Source: Eledone cirrhosa
Lineage: Eukaryota
Reading direction: 5' to 3'
Length of the DNA stretch: 64,000 bases
Assembly (NCBI GenBank): GCA_964016885.1
Contig: OZ024751.1
Location: 22,320,001-22,384,000, forward strand
Positions 41,007-56,198 of the stretch are shown piece after piece (positions within the stretch are counted from its first letter, which is position 1; each line of letters opens with the position of its first letter). Both the position numbers and the translations under genes were made by a program. Under the pieces are notes generated by a model, which searched no databases, had not been told where the DNA came from, and was given only the letters and a program-made list of their open reading frames with translations.

Positions 41007-41078
<72 letters not shown>

Positions 41079-41203
41079 AACTGTGATGATGATGATATGT
41101 ATATATAAACGGCAATGATATATATGTATATATATATATATGATGATATATATATATATATATATATATATGATATATATACATATATATATATATATAT
41201 ATG

Positions 41204-41311
<108 letters not shown>

Positions 41312-41312
41312 G

Positions 41313-41377
<65 letters not shown>

Positions 41378-41509
41378 ATATATATACATATATATATGTG
41401 TATATATATATATATATGTATATATGGTGATGATATATATACATATATATATGTCCCACCCTTGCAAGCAGGGAAAAGCGGACGTAAAATGATGATGATG
41501 ATGATGATG

Positions 41510-41556
<47 letters not shown>

Positions 41557-41592
41557 GATGATGATATATATACATATATATTTATGGTGATG

Positions 41593-41637
<45 letters not shown>

Positions 41638-41942
41638 TGTAAGTGTTTAGTCATTTGGGCTGGTGTTTCTACATGAAATGACTTTAAGTTAATATAATTA
41701 TTCGCATGAATGCTTGATCAATGGACTGGCACTTATATCCACCAGACAACCATCGAGACATTACATCCAACCATCGGTACTAGAGTGCAATAAAAGATGA
41801 TGTTGTTGTTGCTGTTGTTTGTTGATTTTATTATCTAATGTCTCCAAAATCCCAGAGATATAATGTGAAAATTGGTTAAGTGCAATAAAAATAGCAATTG
41901 TAAAAATGGGATACAGAGAAGTTAGTTAAAAAGAGAGTAGAT

Positions 41943-42640
41943 AAAGAATTTCCCATTTTATAAATTCACAGGTTTTCAGTTCAAATATATTGCAGTTATA
42001 TGGTTGCTTTCATTGCTGCTGTTGTTGTTGTTGTTGTTGTTGTTGTATATTTAGCAATTATATACAAGGCATGTGGCTTAGTGGCAAAAGTATCTTAAAG
42101 AATTTTATTTTATAAATTCACAGGTTTTGAGTACAAATATATTGCAGCTATACTGTTACTGCCATTACTATTGTTGCTGTTGTTGTTGTTGTTGTTGTAT
42201 ATTTACCAATTATATTTAAGGCATGTGGTCTAGTGGTAAGTGTCTTAAAGAATTTGATTTTATGAATTCACAGGTTTTGAGTTGAAATCTATTAAAGCTA
42301 TTTTTTCTTGTCATTATTGTTGTTGTTGTTGTTGTTGTTCTTGTTGTTGCTGTTATATGTTTGGCAATTATATTTAAGAGGGTGGGTGGCCTAGTGGTAA
42401 GTGTGTTGAACTCATTATCAAAATGCTGTGGGTTTAATTCCTTGACTGGGTTGTGTGTTGTATTCTTGAGCAAAATACTTTTTTTCACAGCTGAAAATGA
42501 GTACCAGCTGTAACTGGGAGTTGAATCCTGTGATGGACAGGCGTCCTATCCAGGTGGGTGTCTTGTACTCTCAGTTACTTAGCACCTTGGAAATCAAGAT
42601 AAGTACCAGCTTGTTGAACTTCTGGGTTTGAGACAGACTT
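41943..42640 (+). repeat. Three diverged ~135-170-bp units, each ending in a SINE A-box, followed by the complete SINE
   Basis: AAAGAATTT..AATTCACAGGTTTT..(TTG)n..CAATTATAT..GGCATGTGG..TAGTGG x3. Confidence 0.7.
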
Positions 42641-43677
42641 TAGACTTTTTTTTTTAGAATTATATTCAATTTGATGTGACTTCGATAACCCATTCATTAC
42701 CATAATTCTAATGAAATACACTGTCTATGATTTTCAAATAATTCTGATGATAATCAAATATTTGAAGATTTAGTAATATAACTAACCATCTTTTTATTAA
42801 GCTGGTGGTTGGAAAATAACAAAGGTTCTTACATAACATTATGACGGAGGTTTTTTTTAGATAAATATAAACACTTCAAAATAGATGACTTTGTCTCATA
42901 GAATCAGGAATAGTTTGGTATGGTAAATTATGATTTCATATTTTATAGTTAGATAAGTTAGATATACAGTTAGAGCACACAAAGATTTTATGTTTAGATA
43001 TAGACTGTAAAGTTTAGATACATGCTGTAAAGTAGTTGGTGATAGGAAAGGCATCCAGCCATAGAAAGCATGCCAAATAAAGGGTTGGGAGGACTCTTTA
43101 GTTGTGTCAAAGACATGACAACCACTCCTGTGCACTTCAATAGAACGTGAAGCTATACTCAAGCAAGATGCAGGTCCTTGACCTGTCCGGGAGATCAGTG
43201 GCTCCGCTTCAGTACTGACTTGGTCAACTCTTGCTAGCAGCAAAAGTAGATGTTAAAACGATGGTGATGATGATGATGATACCATTACACTGGTAATAAT
43301 GTGACCACTTTTCTCCAGCTTACTACAGTGGACTGAAACAAAATACTTTGTCTTGATGGCAACAACCCAATCTATTAAACATGCTCCAAACACCATAATC
43401 CTGGTAATCCTCAAGTCAGGTTTAAAGATTTCCAGTATGCTAATTATTATAATAACACTGCATAAAATTCAACTGAAGCAGAATGAGAGTGTATGTCAGG
43501 ACACACATACTTATTTATATATGCTCAAGGACACAATGTATTGCCTGGTTCAGGAATTGAACTCACAACCTCCTGATTATGAATCCAATGCCCACTAAAC
43601 CACTAAACCACACACACATACACGTTCTCTAGATACAGTTATGCCATTAGTTTTCCGTTATGTTTACAATTTACTTT

Positions 43678-43862
43678 AGGCAGTATCAGTAGAGGGTCAG
43701 ACGCCATGCTTTGGAGCATAGAGTTACACCCCTTTATGGTCTGAATTCAAATCCCGCCGAGGTTAACTTTGCCCTTCATCCTTACAGGGGTCAATAAAAT
43801 AAAGCACCAGTAATGCACTGGGATAATTGCTGGCCTTGTGCCAAAAGTAGAAACAATTATTA
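43678..43862 (+). mobile_element. SINE family B
   Basis: Matches the 36905 copy. Confidence 0.8.
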
Positions 43863-44196
43863 TTGTATATATCTAAATATAAACTGGCACACTATTGTTT
43901 TAGAGAAATATTTATGATTTATAATATTATTACTATTATTCTTACTATTCTACACACACACATATATACATTTATATATATGTAGATATCTATACACACA
44001 CACGTATATATATATATATACCCACATATATGATGGCTCTTTACTTGATATCAAGTATGACCACCTTTTGCCCCTGTTCCTACTTCCCTGAAATGATGCA
44101 CTGTTTCCCCATCATTACACACGCACATCATATACACATCATATACATATACACACATATATATGTATATATATTCACACATATCCACATACACCG

Positions 44197-44231
<35 letters not shown>

Positions 44232-44237
44232 TTATAG

Positions 44238-44284
<47 letters not shown>

Positions 44285-44542
44285 TTATAGTTTTTTTATA
44301 TATATATATATGTTATATTTTATATATATATATATATAAGACCCGTCCCACCCTTGCAAGCAGGGAAAAGCGAACGTAAAATGATGATGATGATGATGAT
44401 ATATATATATATATATATTGGTTATAGTTTATATATATATATATATATATATAAAGGTTATAGTTTATATATATATATATATATAGGTTATAGTTTATAT
44501 ATATATATAAAGGTTATAGTTTATATATATATATATATATAT

Positions 44543-44590
<48 letters not shown>

Positions 44591-45291
44591 TATGTATGTG
44601 AAGATATATAGAGGCATAATCATAAAGTACACTAACCAGTATAAAATTCAATAAATGTTCCTTTAATGTCCAGTTCCAGTCCCAATATATGGAACCCTGT
44701 TTAATTCAGTGTAAAACATCTCCAATGGACCATAACATGTCTTTCTATGCAGATGAGGATAATTTTATTTTTTAAGAATTAACTATTAGGATTTCCAACA
44801 TAAACTGGAAAAATTCCAGTCATTTGGTCTATTTTGTGTTTTGTTGTAACTATTTGCTGGCTACAGTGTTTAATATTGTTTGTTTTTGTTAGTATGTATG
44901 TATGTGTGTGTGTGGGGGATACATGTGTGTATGTGTGTGTGTGTGGGGGTTCATGTGTGTATGGGGCACCTATGTGGGTGGGGGAGGATGGGGGGGTAGG
45001 GGGTTCGGTACATGTGTGTATGGGGCATGTATGTGTGTGTGTGTATGGGTGGGGTGTACGTGTGTATGGGGCATGTATGTGTGTGTGGGGAGGTACATGT
45101 GTGTATGGGGCATGTATGTGTGTGTGTGTGGGGGCAGGGGCAGTACATGTGTGTATGGGGCATGTATGTGTGTGAGTGTGTGTGTGTGGGGGGAGGGGGG
45201 AGGGTACACGTGTGTATGGGGCATGTATGTGTGTGTGTAGGGGCCATGTGTGTGAGTTTGTGTGCATATGTGCATGTGTGTGAGTGTGTTT

Positions 45292-45997
45292 AATAATTGT
45301 TTCTACTTTTTGGCACAAGGCCAGCAATTATCCCAGTGTATTACTGGTACTTTATTTTATCGACCCCCATAAGGATGAAAGGCAAATTTAAATTCGCCGA
45401 GATTTGAACTCAGACTGTAAAGGGCCATAACTCTATGCTGCGAAGTATGGTGTCTAATGCTTTAGTGATACTGCCAATCCACCGCCTGTGTGTTTAATAA
45501 TTGTTTCTGATTTAGGTAGGAGGGGAAAGTTGATTAAATCAACACCAGTTCATAACTGGTACTTTTATCGACCCTGTCAAGATGAAATGTAAAGCTAGCT
45601 TCAACAGGATTTGAACTCAGAACATAAAGGGTTGTAACTATATGCCACAAAACATTTTGTCTGATGGTCTATGGATTACTGCCAATCCACTGCTTTTCCT
45701 AGTAGTACTAATAATTGTTTCTACTTTTTGGCACAAGGCCAGCAATTATCCCAGTGTATTACTGGTGCTTTATTTTATCGACCCCGTATTTTTGGGGCAC
45801 AAGGTTAACATTTTGAAGGGAAGGGGAAAGCCAAATAAATTGATCCTAGTTTGTTACTGGTACATTATTTTATCAACCTCTGTCAAGATGAAAGACAAAA
45901 CTAACCGTGGCAGGATTTGAACTCAGAACATAAAGGGATGTAGCTATATGCTGCAGCACATGTTGTCTGATGCTCTATCGATTATTGTCAATCCATT
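45292..45997 (-). mobile_element. Cluster of 3-4 SINE B copies next to an exon donor
   Basis: Repeated AATTGTTTCTACT..GATTTGAACTCAG..CTGCCAATCC units. Confidence 0.8.
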
Positions 45998-46055
45998 GCC
46001 AAACAAAACAACAATAGCAAAAATGAAAAATAAAAAAAAACATAACTGTACTTAC

Positions 46056-46337
46056 ATTCAACTAGCACAATAACACTTTGGGCTATGTGCTTGCCATGTT
46101 GCATAACTGTGAATGTGTTCTCGGCCCTGCAGGCTAGCCTGTCAGAATGGTTGGAACGGTTGACGGGGTGGAATCTCAGAACAGATCCTGTATGGATAAG
46201 CCCTCTGTTGGCCGAAAACCACTTGTAGAACACATAGGGAGGGTTACCAGGCTTCGCTTCGCAGTATAGCGATTGGTCACTGCCTTCGAGCCAGGGGAAA
46301 TCATGACTGCTGCTGATCATTGGCTGTCCAGGAGGAT
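46056..46337 (-). CDS. IgSF receptor exon: Ig domain (most 5' exon found)
   Basis: tcttcag|AT CCT CCT GGA..GTT GAA T|gtaagt, 282 nt; PPGQPMI..LYCEAKPGNPP..YKW..LACRAEN. Confidence 0.92.
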
Positions 46338-46509
46338 CTGAAGACAAAAGAATTAACACAGAAATCTTAGTATCACTATTATCACCACCATTGTAATCAT
46401 CAACATCAATGTATTTTCACTTAGTTTCTATGGCAGGATGCCCTTCCTAACACCAACCACATTACAGTGTGGACTGGATGCTTTATATATATAATTGCAT
46501 ATCTTTTAT

Positions 46510-48993
46510 ATATTTATATAACTGTATCTATCATTATAAATATAACTGTCTTTATATATATATAACTAAATTTATATAACTGTCTTTATATATATAACAA
46601 TATATATATATATAACTGTCTTTATATATATAACAATATATATATAACTGTCTTTATATATATAACAATATATATATAACTGTCTTTATATATATAACAA
46701 TATATATATAACTGTCTTTATATATATAACAATATATATATAACTGTCTTTATATATAACTCTCTCTCTATATATAACTGTCTATATAAATATATAACTA
46801 TATATATATATAACTGTCTTTATATATATAACAATATATATATAACTGTCTTTATATATATAACTCTCTCTCTATATATATATAACTGTCTATATAAATA
46901 TATAACTATATATATATATAACTGTCTTTATATATATAACAATATATATATAACTGTCTTTATATATATAATATATATATATAACTGTCTTTATATATAT
47001 AACTCTCTCTCTATATATATATAACTGTCTATATAAATATATAACTATATATATATATAACTGTCTTTATATATATAACAATATATATATAACTGTCTTT
47101 ATATATATAACTCTCTCTCTATATATATATATAACTGTCTATATAAATATATAACTATATATATATATAACTGTCTTTATATATATAACAATATATATAT
47201 AACTGTCTTTATATATATAATATATATATAACTGTCTTTATATATATAACTCTCTCTCTATATATATATAACTGTCTATATAAATATATAACTATATATA
47301 TATATAACTGTCTTTATATATATAACAATATATATATAACTGTCTTTATATATATAACTCTCTCTCTCTATATATATATAACTGTCTATATAAATATATA
47401 ACTATATATATATATAACTGTCTTTATATATATAACAATATATATATAACTGTCTTTATATATATAATATATATATAACTGTCTTTATATATATAACTCT
47501 CTCTCTATATATATATAACTGTCTATATAAATATATAACTATATATATATATAACTGTCTTTATATATATAACAATATATATATAACTGTCTTTATATAT
47601 ATAACTCTCTCTCTATATATATATATAACTGTCTATATAAATATATAACTATATATATATATAACTGTCTTTATATATATAACAATATATATATAACTGT
47701 CTTTATATATATAATATATATATAACTGTCTTTATATATATAACTCTCTCTCTATATATATATAACTGTCTATATAAATATATAACTATATATATATATA
47801 ACTGTCTTTATATATATAACAATATATATATAACTGTCTTTATATATATAATATATATATAACTGTCTTTATATATATAACTCTCTCTCTATATATATAT
47901 AACTGTCTATATAAATATATAACTATATATATATATAACTGTCTTTATATATATAACAATATATATATAACTGTCTTTATATATATAATATATATATAAC
48001 TGTCTTTATATATATAACTCTCTCTCTATATATATATATAACTGTCTATATAAATATATAACTATATATATATATAACTGTCTTTATATATATAACAATA
48101 TATATATAACTGTCTTTATATATATAATATATATATAACTGTCTTTATATATATAACTCTCTCTCTATATATATATAACTGTCTATATAAATATATAACT
48201 ATATATATATATAACTGTCTTTATATATATAACAATATATATATAACTGTCTTTATATATATAACTCTCTCTCTCTATATATATATAACTGTCTATATAA
48301 ATATATAACTATATATATATATAACTGTCTTTATATATATAACAATATATATATAACTGTCTTTATATATATAATATATATATAACTGTCTTTATATATA
48401 TAACTCTCTCTCTATATATATATAACTGTCTATATAAATATATAACTATATATATATATAACTGTCTTTATATATATAACAATATATATATAACTGTCTT
48501 TATATATATAACTCTCTCTCTATATATATATATAACTGTCTATATAAATATATAACTATATATATATATAACTGTCTTTATATATATAACAATATATATA
48601 TAACTGTCTTTATATATATAATATATATATAACTGTCTTTATATATATAACTCTCTCTCTATATATATATAACTGTCTATATAAATATATAACTATATAT
48701 ATATATAACTGTCTTTATATATATAACAATATATATATAACTGTCTTTATATATATAATATATATATAACTGTCTTTATATATATAACTCTCTCTCTATA
48801 TATATATAACTGTCTATATAAATATATAACTATATATATATATAACTGTCTTTATATATATAACAATATATATATAACTGTCTTTATATATATAACTCTC
48901 TCTCCCTATATATATAACTGTCTATATAAATATATAACTATATATAACTGTCTTTATATATATAACAATATATATATAACTCTTTATATATAT

Positions 48994-49067
<74 letters not shown>

Positions 49068-49074
49068 CTGTCTT

Positions 49075-49110
<36 letters not shown>

Positions 49111-49115
49111 ACTAT
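46510..49115. repeat. 2.6-kb AT-rich satellite with higher-order structure
   Basis: AACTGTCT core subunits in ordered 3-mer and 4-mer cycles. Confidence 0.9.
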
Positions 49116-49409
49116 CCAGTTTTGAATAGGTACATCATATCTGTGCATGACGTAAGAAGTGATTAAAAGGGTTGGTGTCAAAAAGGACATCTGGTTGCAA
49201 AACATTGCCTAAAATAATCCACCAACGAAAAATGACATAAAAATGGTGATGATAGTGATGATATATAAGTATGGAATTCTTCACACACACACTCACACAC
49301 ACACACACATGTATATATATATATATATTTTATACCTGGTAATCTATTGGAAAAGCACATCTCATAATTACAGTTATTTTATGCAAGTCAATATAAGAGT
49401 GCATTATGC

Positions 49410-49483
<74 letters not shown>

Positions 49484-49527
49484 CTTGCAAGCACAGGGAA
49501 AAAACGGACATAAAATGAAATGAAATG

Positions 49528-49576
<49 letters not shown>

Positions 49577-49848
49577 TATGTATATATATATATCTGTGTG
49601 CAACAAAAGAGTGTACAGTATTTACTGAAGAGACTGCAACGAAGATTAAATGAGCAATTTCTTGCAGCAGAGAGTGCAGTTGACATGGTAACTATCAAGT
49701 TGATGCTGGTTTCCTGCAGTTTATTTCAAATGTAATTGTCAGATAATTTAACATATATTCACATGTACAAGTATTCACATCAACAAAGAGCACAAAAGAG
49801 GCAGGTACACACACACATATATACATATATATATATACATACACACAC

Positions 49849-49917
<69 letters not shown>

Positions 49918-50099
49918 ATAAATATATATATGTATGTATATATATATATTATATATATGTATATATATATATATATATCTATATCTATCTATATATATCT
50001 ATATATATATGATATATATGTAGGTGTATATATATATATAATATCTGTCTCTCTATATATATAATATATATGTAGGTGTATATATATATATATATATAT

Positions 50100-50282
50100 A
50101 ATTGTTTCTACTTTTGGTACAAGGCCAGCAATTACCCAGTGTATTACTGGTACTTTATTTTATCGACCCCGTAAGGATGAAAGGCAAAGTTAACCTCGGC
50201 GGGATTTGCACTCAGAATGGCAAGGGCCGTAACTCTATGCTGCAAAGCATGGCGTCTGACCTTCTACCGATACTGCCAATAA
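50100..50282 (-). mobile_element. SINE family B
   Basis: Matches the 17768 copy. Confidence 0.8.
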
Positions 50283-50312
50283 TATCTCTCTCGCTATATA
50301 TATATGTAGGTG

Positions 50313-50357
<45 letters not shown>

Positions 50358-50382
50358 GTAGGTGTATATATATATATATATA

Positions 50383-50608
50383 GATGGGCTGGACACGTCG
50401 CCCGGTTCACCGATAATCGGTGGACCCGCGCAGTTGCTGAGTGGTACCCGCGCGAGCGGAAACGACCACATGGAGGCCTCCCGAGGGTGGAGTTACGATT
50501 TTAAGAATACAATTGGGACTACATGGATGAGGAAAGCACGATCCAGAGAGCAATGGACAGCGTTCTGTGACCACCGGCGCCGAATGGACACCTGACAGAC
50601 TGGTCAAG

Positions 50609-50612
<4 letters not shown>
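50383..50612 (+). mobile_element. RTE LINE 3' fragment, CpG-rich
   Basis: RWAGHVARFTDNRWTRAVAEWYPRERKRP; flanked by (TA)n. Confidence 0.85.
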
Positions 50613-50644
<32 letters not shown>

Positions 50645-50648
<4 letters not shown>

Positions 50649-50856
50649 GGAGGTGAGTTTTATTGTAGTACAATAAAGCAATGCAGATATCGGATAAGAA
50701 GCACCCTACAGTTTGTAGGACTGGAGTATACATAATATATAAGAACAAAAGATGGTTAAAGGAGTTCCATGTATTTTATTATGCGCATTTGTTTTTGAAA
50801 TGCGCATAATAAAATACATGGAACTCCTTTAACCATCTTTTGTTCTTATATATTAT
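50645..50856. mobile_element. Penelope-like relic with a 59-bp-arm palindrome and hammerhead 3' half
   Basis: Arms 50732-50790 and 50798-50856; GAAATGCGCATA^ATAAAATA; homologous to 20630-20780. Confidence 0.65.
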
Positions 50857-51442
50857 ATATATATATATATATGTGTGCATCATCATCATCATCATCTTCG
50901 TTTAACGTCCAGTTTCCATGCTAGCATGGGTTAGACGGGAGTTGTCCCACTTGAAGCAAGGTTTAGTCGGGTGACCGTGTCTCGCTCATATAGAACTATC
51001 TGGCAGGTTTTCTACGGCTGGATGCCCTTCCTAACACCAACCACGTTTACAGTGTGGAACTGGGAACTTTTTACCGTGTTACCTACACGGCCACATTACA
51101 GCGTGGACTGTGTGTTTTTTTCTCGTGACACCTACACGATCTCGATCTCATTTATCTCATTTATTTGGATTGATATATGTACATATATATATATATATGT
51201 AAGTGGAAGAGATGTATCACTCTCTATATATGTCTGTATATACTACCATGTATTCATATACATGTATTCATATACATGTATACATGTATGCATGTGAATA
51301 ATTGTATATATATAGTACAGTATATATTATATAGACATTAACATATATACTCTGCATCTTGTATGTTGATAACACCTCACTATTGAACTTTATACCTGTA
51401 CAGGTAAACATTGAAATCCTCACATACTGTTATATAATCATG

Positions 51443-51474
<32 letters not shown>

Positions 51475-51877
51475 CACACACATATATATATATATACATA
51501 TATATGTGTATACACATACACACACATATATATATGTGTATACACATACACACACATATATATATATATGTATACACATACACACATATATATATATGTG
51601 TATACACATACACACACATATATATATATATGTATACACATACACACACATATATATATATATGTATGAATATGTGTGTGTGTGTATAAACTTGTTATAT
51701 GCAATTATGTTCATGACCATATATAAGAATCTGTGCATTTCCTATTATATATATTTTGTATGTGTGCATGTATATACCTTTTAGGTATGTGTGTGTACAT
51801 TTGTTATATGCAAATATGTGCATGTGTGTATATAAGAGTCTGTGTTTGCATATATATATATATATTTATATTGTTAT

Positions 51878-52221
51878 GGAGGCACATGGCTTAGTGGTTA
51901 GAGCATTGGCCTTGCAATCGAAGGGTTGTAAGTTCAATTCTCAGGCCGGATGATGTGTTGTTTCTTTGAGCAAGACACTTTATTTCACATTGCTCCAGTT
52001 TACTCAGCTGTAGAAATGAGATGACAGGACTGGAGTCCATATCATTTCACTGCAAAGGGGTCGTGGAGGTGCCACGGCAAAAAACCACCCAGCACTCACT
52101 GTAAATGAGGTTGGTGTTAGGAAGGGCATCCAGCTGTAGAAATCAAGCCAGAATCAGTTCCCATCCTACCCTTGCAAGCAGGGAAAAAGCGGACGTAAAA
52201 TGATGATGATGATGATGATGA
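51878..52221 (+). mobile_element. SINE family A, full length
   Basis: Matches 127-460. Confidence 0.85.
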
Positions 52222-52487
52222 TTGTTTGTGCACTTTTAGACTTAAATTCATCTGTATTAAGCTACTACCACTTCTCACTCTTCATATTATGGACATTCGA
52301 TCCTACCACACATCAACCTTTCTACACCATACCATTCCCCCCACCATACCATCTCCACTCCCACACCACACCCTGTCCTCCCCTTAAACCTAATACCCTG
52401 TCTCCCCCAACAATAAAACCCTACTCCCCTATTCACCCAAATTTACTGTAATCTATAAAAATACAAACAAACCAACTAACAAAATAC

Positions 52488-52722
52488 TTAACCGTTTCGT
52501 CACAATATTTCTCATGAATAATATTTCAATTAATTAATGAAGAATTTTGAGGGATTTATTTAAATCATTAATTATTTCATTACTAAGATAGTAACTTAAT
52601 GTAAGGTTCTTATATATAATTATATTGGAAGATTTTCATTTAAATTGGAAACCTTTAAAATGGGTAATTATATTTCATAGAATCAAAGCTGGTTTTGGTC
52701 GGGTTGGTAACAAAAGAGTTAA
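52488..52722. mobile_element. TTAA-flanked non-autonomous DNA element
   Basis: TTAA at both ends with imperfect TIRs; interior resembles 6469-6979. Confidence 0.45.
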
Positions 52723-53355
52723 TCCTCAAATTTCCATTATATAACATTCTATATTCCATCTTCCAAAATAATTTTCTCTTTTGTTTGTCCAACTCTTCAA
52801 TTGATTGCCAAATTACATGTCTTAGGGACTAAATCCGGTGTTAGGAAGGGCATCCAGCCATAGAAAACCAGCCAGAAACACCCCTATATGATCGGAATAC
52901 GGTCACCCGACCCAACTTGCCTCTAAATGGGACCCGTCTAACCCATGCAAGCATGGAAGATAGACATTAATTGATGATGATGATGAAATCAAATTTATCT
53001 GGTTTTATCTCTTTTACGACTGGTAGATAGTAACAGCAATTGGAAAGACTGATGGTTCTCTTGGTCTGATGAGTTCCACCTCACTCAGCGAGTAAGCGAG
53101 GTCTGGTATGTTGTTGATTGAAATCATAATTTTTTTGTAAATAAATTCCTCACCTCCACCTCATGACACCAAAGAAAGAAAAAAAAAATCATCTGTTTAT
53201 CAATGACTTTGGAGGTATAAAGTGTAAACTTCACCTAACTGAGATTTGAACCCTGAATGTAGAGTGGTGATAATAAATATTATTTTCACTCTAGTCCATT
53301 TCTCTAGTATGCTTTCTGCTTTCCCTTATAGCACCTGTTATTTCTATCACTTATA

Positions 53356-53900
53356 CTAAGAGTGTCAGCTGAAAAGTTCACTAGAGCTGTGAAATCTTGT
53401 ATACACTAATTTCAACTCTTTTTATGGACTAGAAAGCTAGAGAATGACTCCCCTCCTATTGACATGGGAATCCCCCCATTCTGAAGCCCTCCCTCCTGGC
53501 TCAGAAGCACCATGGGGTCCAGTGGAAGACACTCAACCACCTGAGAACAGGAATGGGACGATCAAAAGCTGCTATGGCCAGATGGGGCTACAAGACCAGG
53601 GCCCAACCATCTGCGAATGCGGAGAGGAGGACCATACGATGCAGCACTGCCTTGTTTGCCCTCTACTACACAACCAGTGCAGCTTAAAAGATCTCGCAGT
53701 ATTTAATAATAATGCAAAGGACTGTGTAAAGAAATGGGAAACTGTCATATAACCACATGCTTCGAAGATACGAAAAGAAGAAGAACTCTGTTTTATTAAT
53801 AACTACATTGTTTATTACCAAGCACTATGTTGAAAAATAAACATTTGGTGATTCCATGAGTGTATCTTGGTCAGCCTATGAACTTTTCAGCTGACCCTCG
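53356..53900. mobile_element. Mariner-type MITE with a nested LINE fragment
   Basis: TIRs GTCAGCTGAAAAGTTCA / TGAACTTTTCAGCTGACCCTCG-TA. Confidence 0.65.
53425..53785 (+). mobile_element. LINE 3' end with CCHC knuckle (Vingi/Ingi-like)
   Basis: Frameshifted WKTLNHLRTGMGR..RWGY..CECGEEDHTMQHCLVCP; (GAA)n tail. Confidence 0.65.
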
Positions 53901-54282
53901 TATATCTTATATCTGAGTATAATTGCTGTTTGCTTTCTAATAGATAGATCTCCCCTTTAATATACTTACCTGTCCATTATCAAATTCAATGCTTACAGAC
54001 AGTATCTTATGAGTAATCTTTTTTAAGATGATATACAACTGCAATTTAATGTGCAGCAGCAGTCACAAGCAGGCAGATGCAGTCTTTTGTTCCGTTGTAC
54101 ATCAGATAGCCAGTGCATACACACATCCACCCACCCACATACACCTCCGCCTACCACACGCAGGTACACACGTACGTCCTTCACTAAGCTGTTTGATTTA
54201 TATAGTTGCACACAGCTGCAGACTGTTGCTACAGTAACTACTGCAGAAACATACCTTATTCAAATATATCTACTACATATGC

Positions 54283-54409
<127 letters not shown>

Positions 54410-54422
54410 TATATATATAAAT

Positions 54423-54539
<117 letters not shown>

Positions 54540-54606
54540 TATAGTAATAATAATAAATTTGAAGACTAAAATTCTTTGATTAAACTTTAATCTGTTATTT
54601 TAATAA

Positions 54607-54647
<41 letters not shown>

Positions 54648-55206
54648 AATATATATATATATATAAATATATATATATATTTCTATATTTAGCGCAGAAA
54701 TGCACTGCAATAGCTGCACAGAGTTTTTAATGCAAAATAATTGAATTCCCATCCACTACTAATTACAGTAATTTTCTAAACCTTATATATAGCAGTAATT
54801 AGCTAATTGCAAATTATGAAATGCTTCCACACATTTAGAAATTATCAATTACACCTGGTAGAGATAGAATGAAAGAAAAATGCCTGAGTGGAGAGTGTGA
54901 TGGATTGCCATCTCATAGTTGCCGAGTTCAAATCAACATCATGTTCTTCATTTTGTGGGGGGAGTTTTTTTGGGGGGCTAAGGGGTGGTGAATAGATTTA
55001 ATTCTACACATCTCGGTTCAAATACGATGTCTAGAGATCTGGGCTATATACACATGCAGAGTAGACAAACTGTAGTATTTCAAGAATTTTTTCAAATAGG
55101 AAATCTTTGCATCGTTTGTCTAAATGAGTATTATAAAAAGTATCTAAATTAGTAGAAGGAACTTCATCAGGATATCATTCTCCCCAACTAATTCCAATCG
55201 GTAAAG

Positions 55207-55273
<67 letters not shown>

Positions 55274-55286
55274 TATATAAATATAT

Positions 55287-55482
55287 ATAGGAACGAGTAG
55301 GACCCCGACGGCTGAGCTCAAGCTGTTTCGACGGCTAATTCTGGACAGAATTAGCCGTCGAAACGGCTTGAGCTCAGCCGTCGGGGTCCTACTCATTCCT
55401 ATTACCCACTCTACTACCCTAAGTATTGAGTACTTTGGTGCGTTATGGTCCACCTGGTTCCTTACCACATTTCCTTCGTTAT
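55287..55482 (+). mobile_element. Fold-back element with hammerhead 3' half (sister of 5750)
   Basis: Arms 55287-55342 and 55347-55402; GAAA-CGGC-loop-GCCG-UC^GGGGUCC. Confidence 0.7.
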
Positions 55483-55488
55483 AAATAT

Positions 55489-55521
<33 letters not shown>

Positions 55522-55537
55522 AATATATATATATATA

Positions 55538-55573
<36 letters not shown>

Positions 55574-55586
55574 AAAATATATATAT

Positions 55587-55653
<67 letters not shown>

Positions 55654-55732
55654 AATATAAGTATGCATGTATATATATAAATATAAGTATGCATGTATAT
55701 ATATAAATATAAGTATGCATGGCAGATGGGTA

Positions 55733-55777
55733 AACGGTGCTGATGATAGCTAACAAGCTTGAAACTAGTACATCGTT
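55733..55777 (+). ncRNA. Minimal type I hammerhead, copy 1
   Basis: AACGGUG-CUGAUGA-UAGCUAACAAGCUU-GAAA-CUAG-UA^CAUCGUU; predicted cut after 55770. Confidence 0.8.
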
Positions 55778-56198
55778 CCTGTGTCAGTGTTGAACAAAAA
55801 GGTGACGTGGTTGCCTTAACACCGTATGGCATAAATTCAGGCTGTTCAGTTTGTTTACAAACGAACAAAGCGACGTTAGCGCCGCTAAACTGATACGTGC
55901 ATATATGTATGTGTACCTGTATGCATATGTATGTATATATGTATATATATATATATATGTGCATGCTACTGTACGTCTGTATACATATATGTATGTACGT
56001 ATACATGCATACTTACATTTAAGTAAGTGCCATACTAAGAGTGAGAAATGAAATTTCGTTTTCATTTTGTTTCAATTTATCGTTTTCGGTATGCCTGACC
56101 GATTTAACTCACTCAATATGCAAATTAGGCTGCTCAGCCGTTAATTTTCATAAGGAAAGTATATACTTTCGACCGTTCAACTATCTGGCAGATGGGTA

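Noticed and set aside
49605-49715. Signal-peptide exon or hammerhead
   Set aside because: No Met or donor in the hydrophobic frame; CUGAAGA and stem II are present but GAAA is GACA and stem I does not pair, so at most a dead relic
53970-54250. Upstream exon with a strong CAG|GTAAGT donor
   Set aside because: The phase-1 frame has stops and no Ig or signal-peptide features; could be UTR but unsupported
55080-55175. Minus-strand CUGAUGA as a hammerhead
   Set aside because: No consistent stems I and II
56118-56125. Octamer ATGCAAAT in the retrozyme spacer
   Set aside because: A single 8-mer in AT-rich DNA is expected by chance
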